Position numbers and translations under genes: made by a program | Notes under the pieces: generated by a model | Told to the model about the DNA's origin: nothing | What the model saw: the letters and a program-made list of their open reading frames with translations, nothing else | The model's database searches: none | NCBI GenBank assembly: GCA_905178155.1 | Contig: CAJINV010000002.1 | Span: 2,167,216 to 2,231,215, forward strand | Direction: 5' to 3' | Origin: Amoebophrya sp. A120 | Lineage: Eukaryota > Protista > Dinoflagellata | Length of the DNA: 64,000 bases | In this document: positions 62,494 to 64,000 of the stretch, piece after piece | Position numbering within the stretch: position 1 is the first letter of the stretch | Layout: each line of letters begins with the position of its first letter

Positions 62494-63900
62494 TCAACCC
62501 TGAGGTGCAGGCGGGTTCTCTTCATCTCGCAGTCTGCACACACCCTCGACAAACTCGCAAACCCTGTATGAAAATAAACAAGAATCTTTGAATTCCCCGC
62601 ACGGCACATCCACACCTGAGCGGCCTGACTTTTTGTTTTTGTCCACCCGCCGCATAAACAGTTCATCTATATCAACAACTCTCAAGTCAGATCTCTGTTC
62701 ATCTTTTCACAGATGAAGATCATCCCGACAATTTTTATGCACAACCTCAACAATAAAAAAATCTTCGACAACAAATCTAAATCGCCGAGGACAAAATAAA
62801 TTCTTGAGTGCTTTTCTTCTTTGATAGCCCACGGCTGTCGTTGATATTTACGCAGCCCAGCTCGGTGGTCACGCCCGCGGTCTCGCACTCCGTAAACCCG
62901 CTAGGTGGTTTCGCCACACACTCACCCTTGACGAATTCGCACTCCTCGTCGGTGACGTGCTGGCACTGGCCCTCCGTTTTTGCGGCCGCGCAGGTACTAG
63001 CGGGCACGGACACGATCGGGGAGGTTGCCGCGTGCACGCAGTGCTCCAGGTCGGAATCGAACACGCAGTCAGGAAAGTTGTCACAATTCCAGGGGTCCGT
63101 CCCTTCCTCGCAGGTGGCAGGGCCGGCAAGTGGTTGCGCAGCAGGAGCTACTACTTCTGTCTGGATCTCGCAGCGGCTCATAGTCTGGCTCCAGCTACAC
63201 CCCGAACCTGCGAAGTTGTCACAATCCCACGGCTCAGTCCCTTCCTCGCAGGTGGCGGGCCTGTCTTCGCACACGTTCCGAAAAGATCTCCACAGGCAGG
63301 GGCCGGGTCCGGTCCCGCTGCTGCCAATGGCGTTGCAGGCGGTGGCATTGTTGTACGAAGCACAGTCCACGGTGACGACTGGAGAAGCAACTACTGCCTG
63401 GTGGATCTCGCAACGGCTCGTAGTCTGGTTCCAGCTACACCCCGAACCTGCGAAGTTGTCACAGTCCCCGGGTTCAGTCCCTTCCTCGCAGGTGGCGGGC
63501 CTGTCTTCGCACACGTTCCGAAAAGATCTCCACAGGCAGGGGCCGGGTCCGCTCCCGCTACTGCCAATGGCGTTGCAGGCGGTGGCATTGTTGTACGAAG
63601 CACAGTCCACGGTGACGACTGGAGAAGCAACTACTGCCTGGTGGATCTCGCAACGGCTCGTAGTCTGGTTCCAGCTACACCCCGAACCTGCGAAGTTGTC
63701 ACAGTCCCCGGGTTCAGTCCCTTCCTCGCAGGTGGCGGGCCTGTCTTCGCACACGTTCAGTATGAGGTTCCACCGACAGGGGCCGGGTCCGCTCCCGCTG
63801 CTGCCAATGGCGTTGCAGGCGGTTGTGTCGTTGTACGAAGCACAGTCCGACCGAATGTCGCCCTCCCACGCACAACGCTCCTCCTCGACCAGCAGCACAC
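62494..63900 (-). CDS. 3' part of a Cys-rich tandem-repeat protein (possibly surface/secreted); 5' end beyond the window
   Basis: ORF 62777-63900 has periodic Cys and CxW motifs; probable last exon VCEFVEGVCRLRDEENPPAPQG* near 62494-62545 (junction not resolved). Confidence 0.65.
63165..63850 (-). repeat. Coding tandem repeat, 240-bp (80-aa) unit, ~2.9 near-identical copies
   Basis: Identical sequence starts at 63241, 63481 and 63721. Confidence 0.95.
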
Positions 63901-64000
63901 TATCCTGTGCAAAAGTATCGTACGCACAGTAATCACAGTCATGCAAGACAAATTTCTTTTTCAAGCTAAATCAGCATGAGAAATTCCATTTGTCACGCTG
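63901..64000. mobile_element. Family B element truncated by the window end
   Basis: Begins TATCCTGTGCAAAAGTATCGTAC; the other end is not visible. Confidence 0.8.

Noticed and set aside
2592-63979. Plus-strand ORFs (e.g. 12237-13043, 40807-41532, 62808-63932)
   Set aside because: Antisense shadows of long minus-strand exons with no independent domain signal.
1607-64000. CRISPR array or bacterial REP/IS interpretation of the repeats
   Set aside because: The repeats are dispersed inverted pairs inside eukaryotic genes, with no regular spacers, cas genes or transposase.

Overview
Eukaryotic genomic DNA, inferred to be from an alveolate of the Amoebophrya/Syndiniales dinoflagellate type (low-complexity proteins, one-strand gene cluster, non-canonical introns). 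Every gene I can support is on the minus strand: a giant Mei2-like RRM protein (~2558-15194), a 1894-aa low-complexity protein, a SEM1/DSS1 gene missed by the ORF track, AK6/Fap7, a small spliced hypothetical gene, COA6, a ~7150-aa spatacsin/SPG11 (30170-57387), a phospholipid scramblase (58024-61509) and a Cys-rich tandem-repeat protein cut by the window end. The main signal is 43 short elements (42 complete, 99-335 bp) from at least 8 sequence families. Almost all begin and end TA, all carry terminal inverted repeats (TIRs) and flanking 5-bp direct repeats (DRs), and all share an internal TTGTNATGC/GCATNACAA motif. Removing each of the 41 complete intragenic elements plus one 5-bp repeat restores the reading frame. 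No register gives GT-AG, and the same families sit in both orientations in genes on the same strand. This points to a transposon-derived, orientation-independent, non-canonical intron (introner) system or a DNA-excision system, coexisting with ordinary GT-AG introns. All junctions were checked by hand, so coordinates may be off by a base or two.
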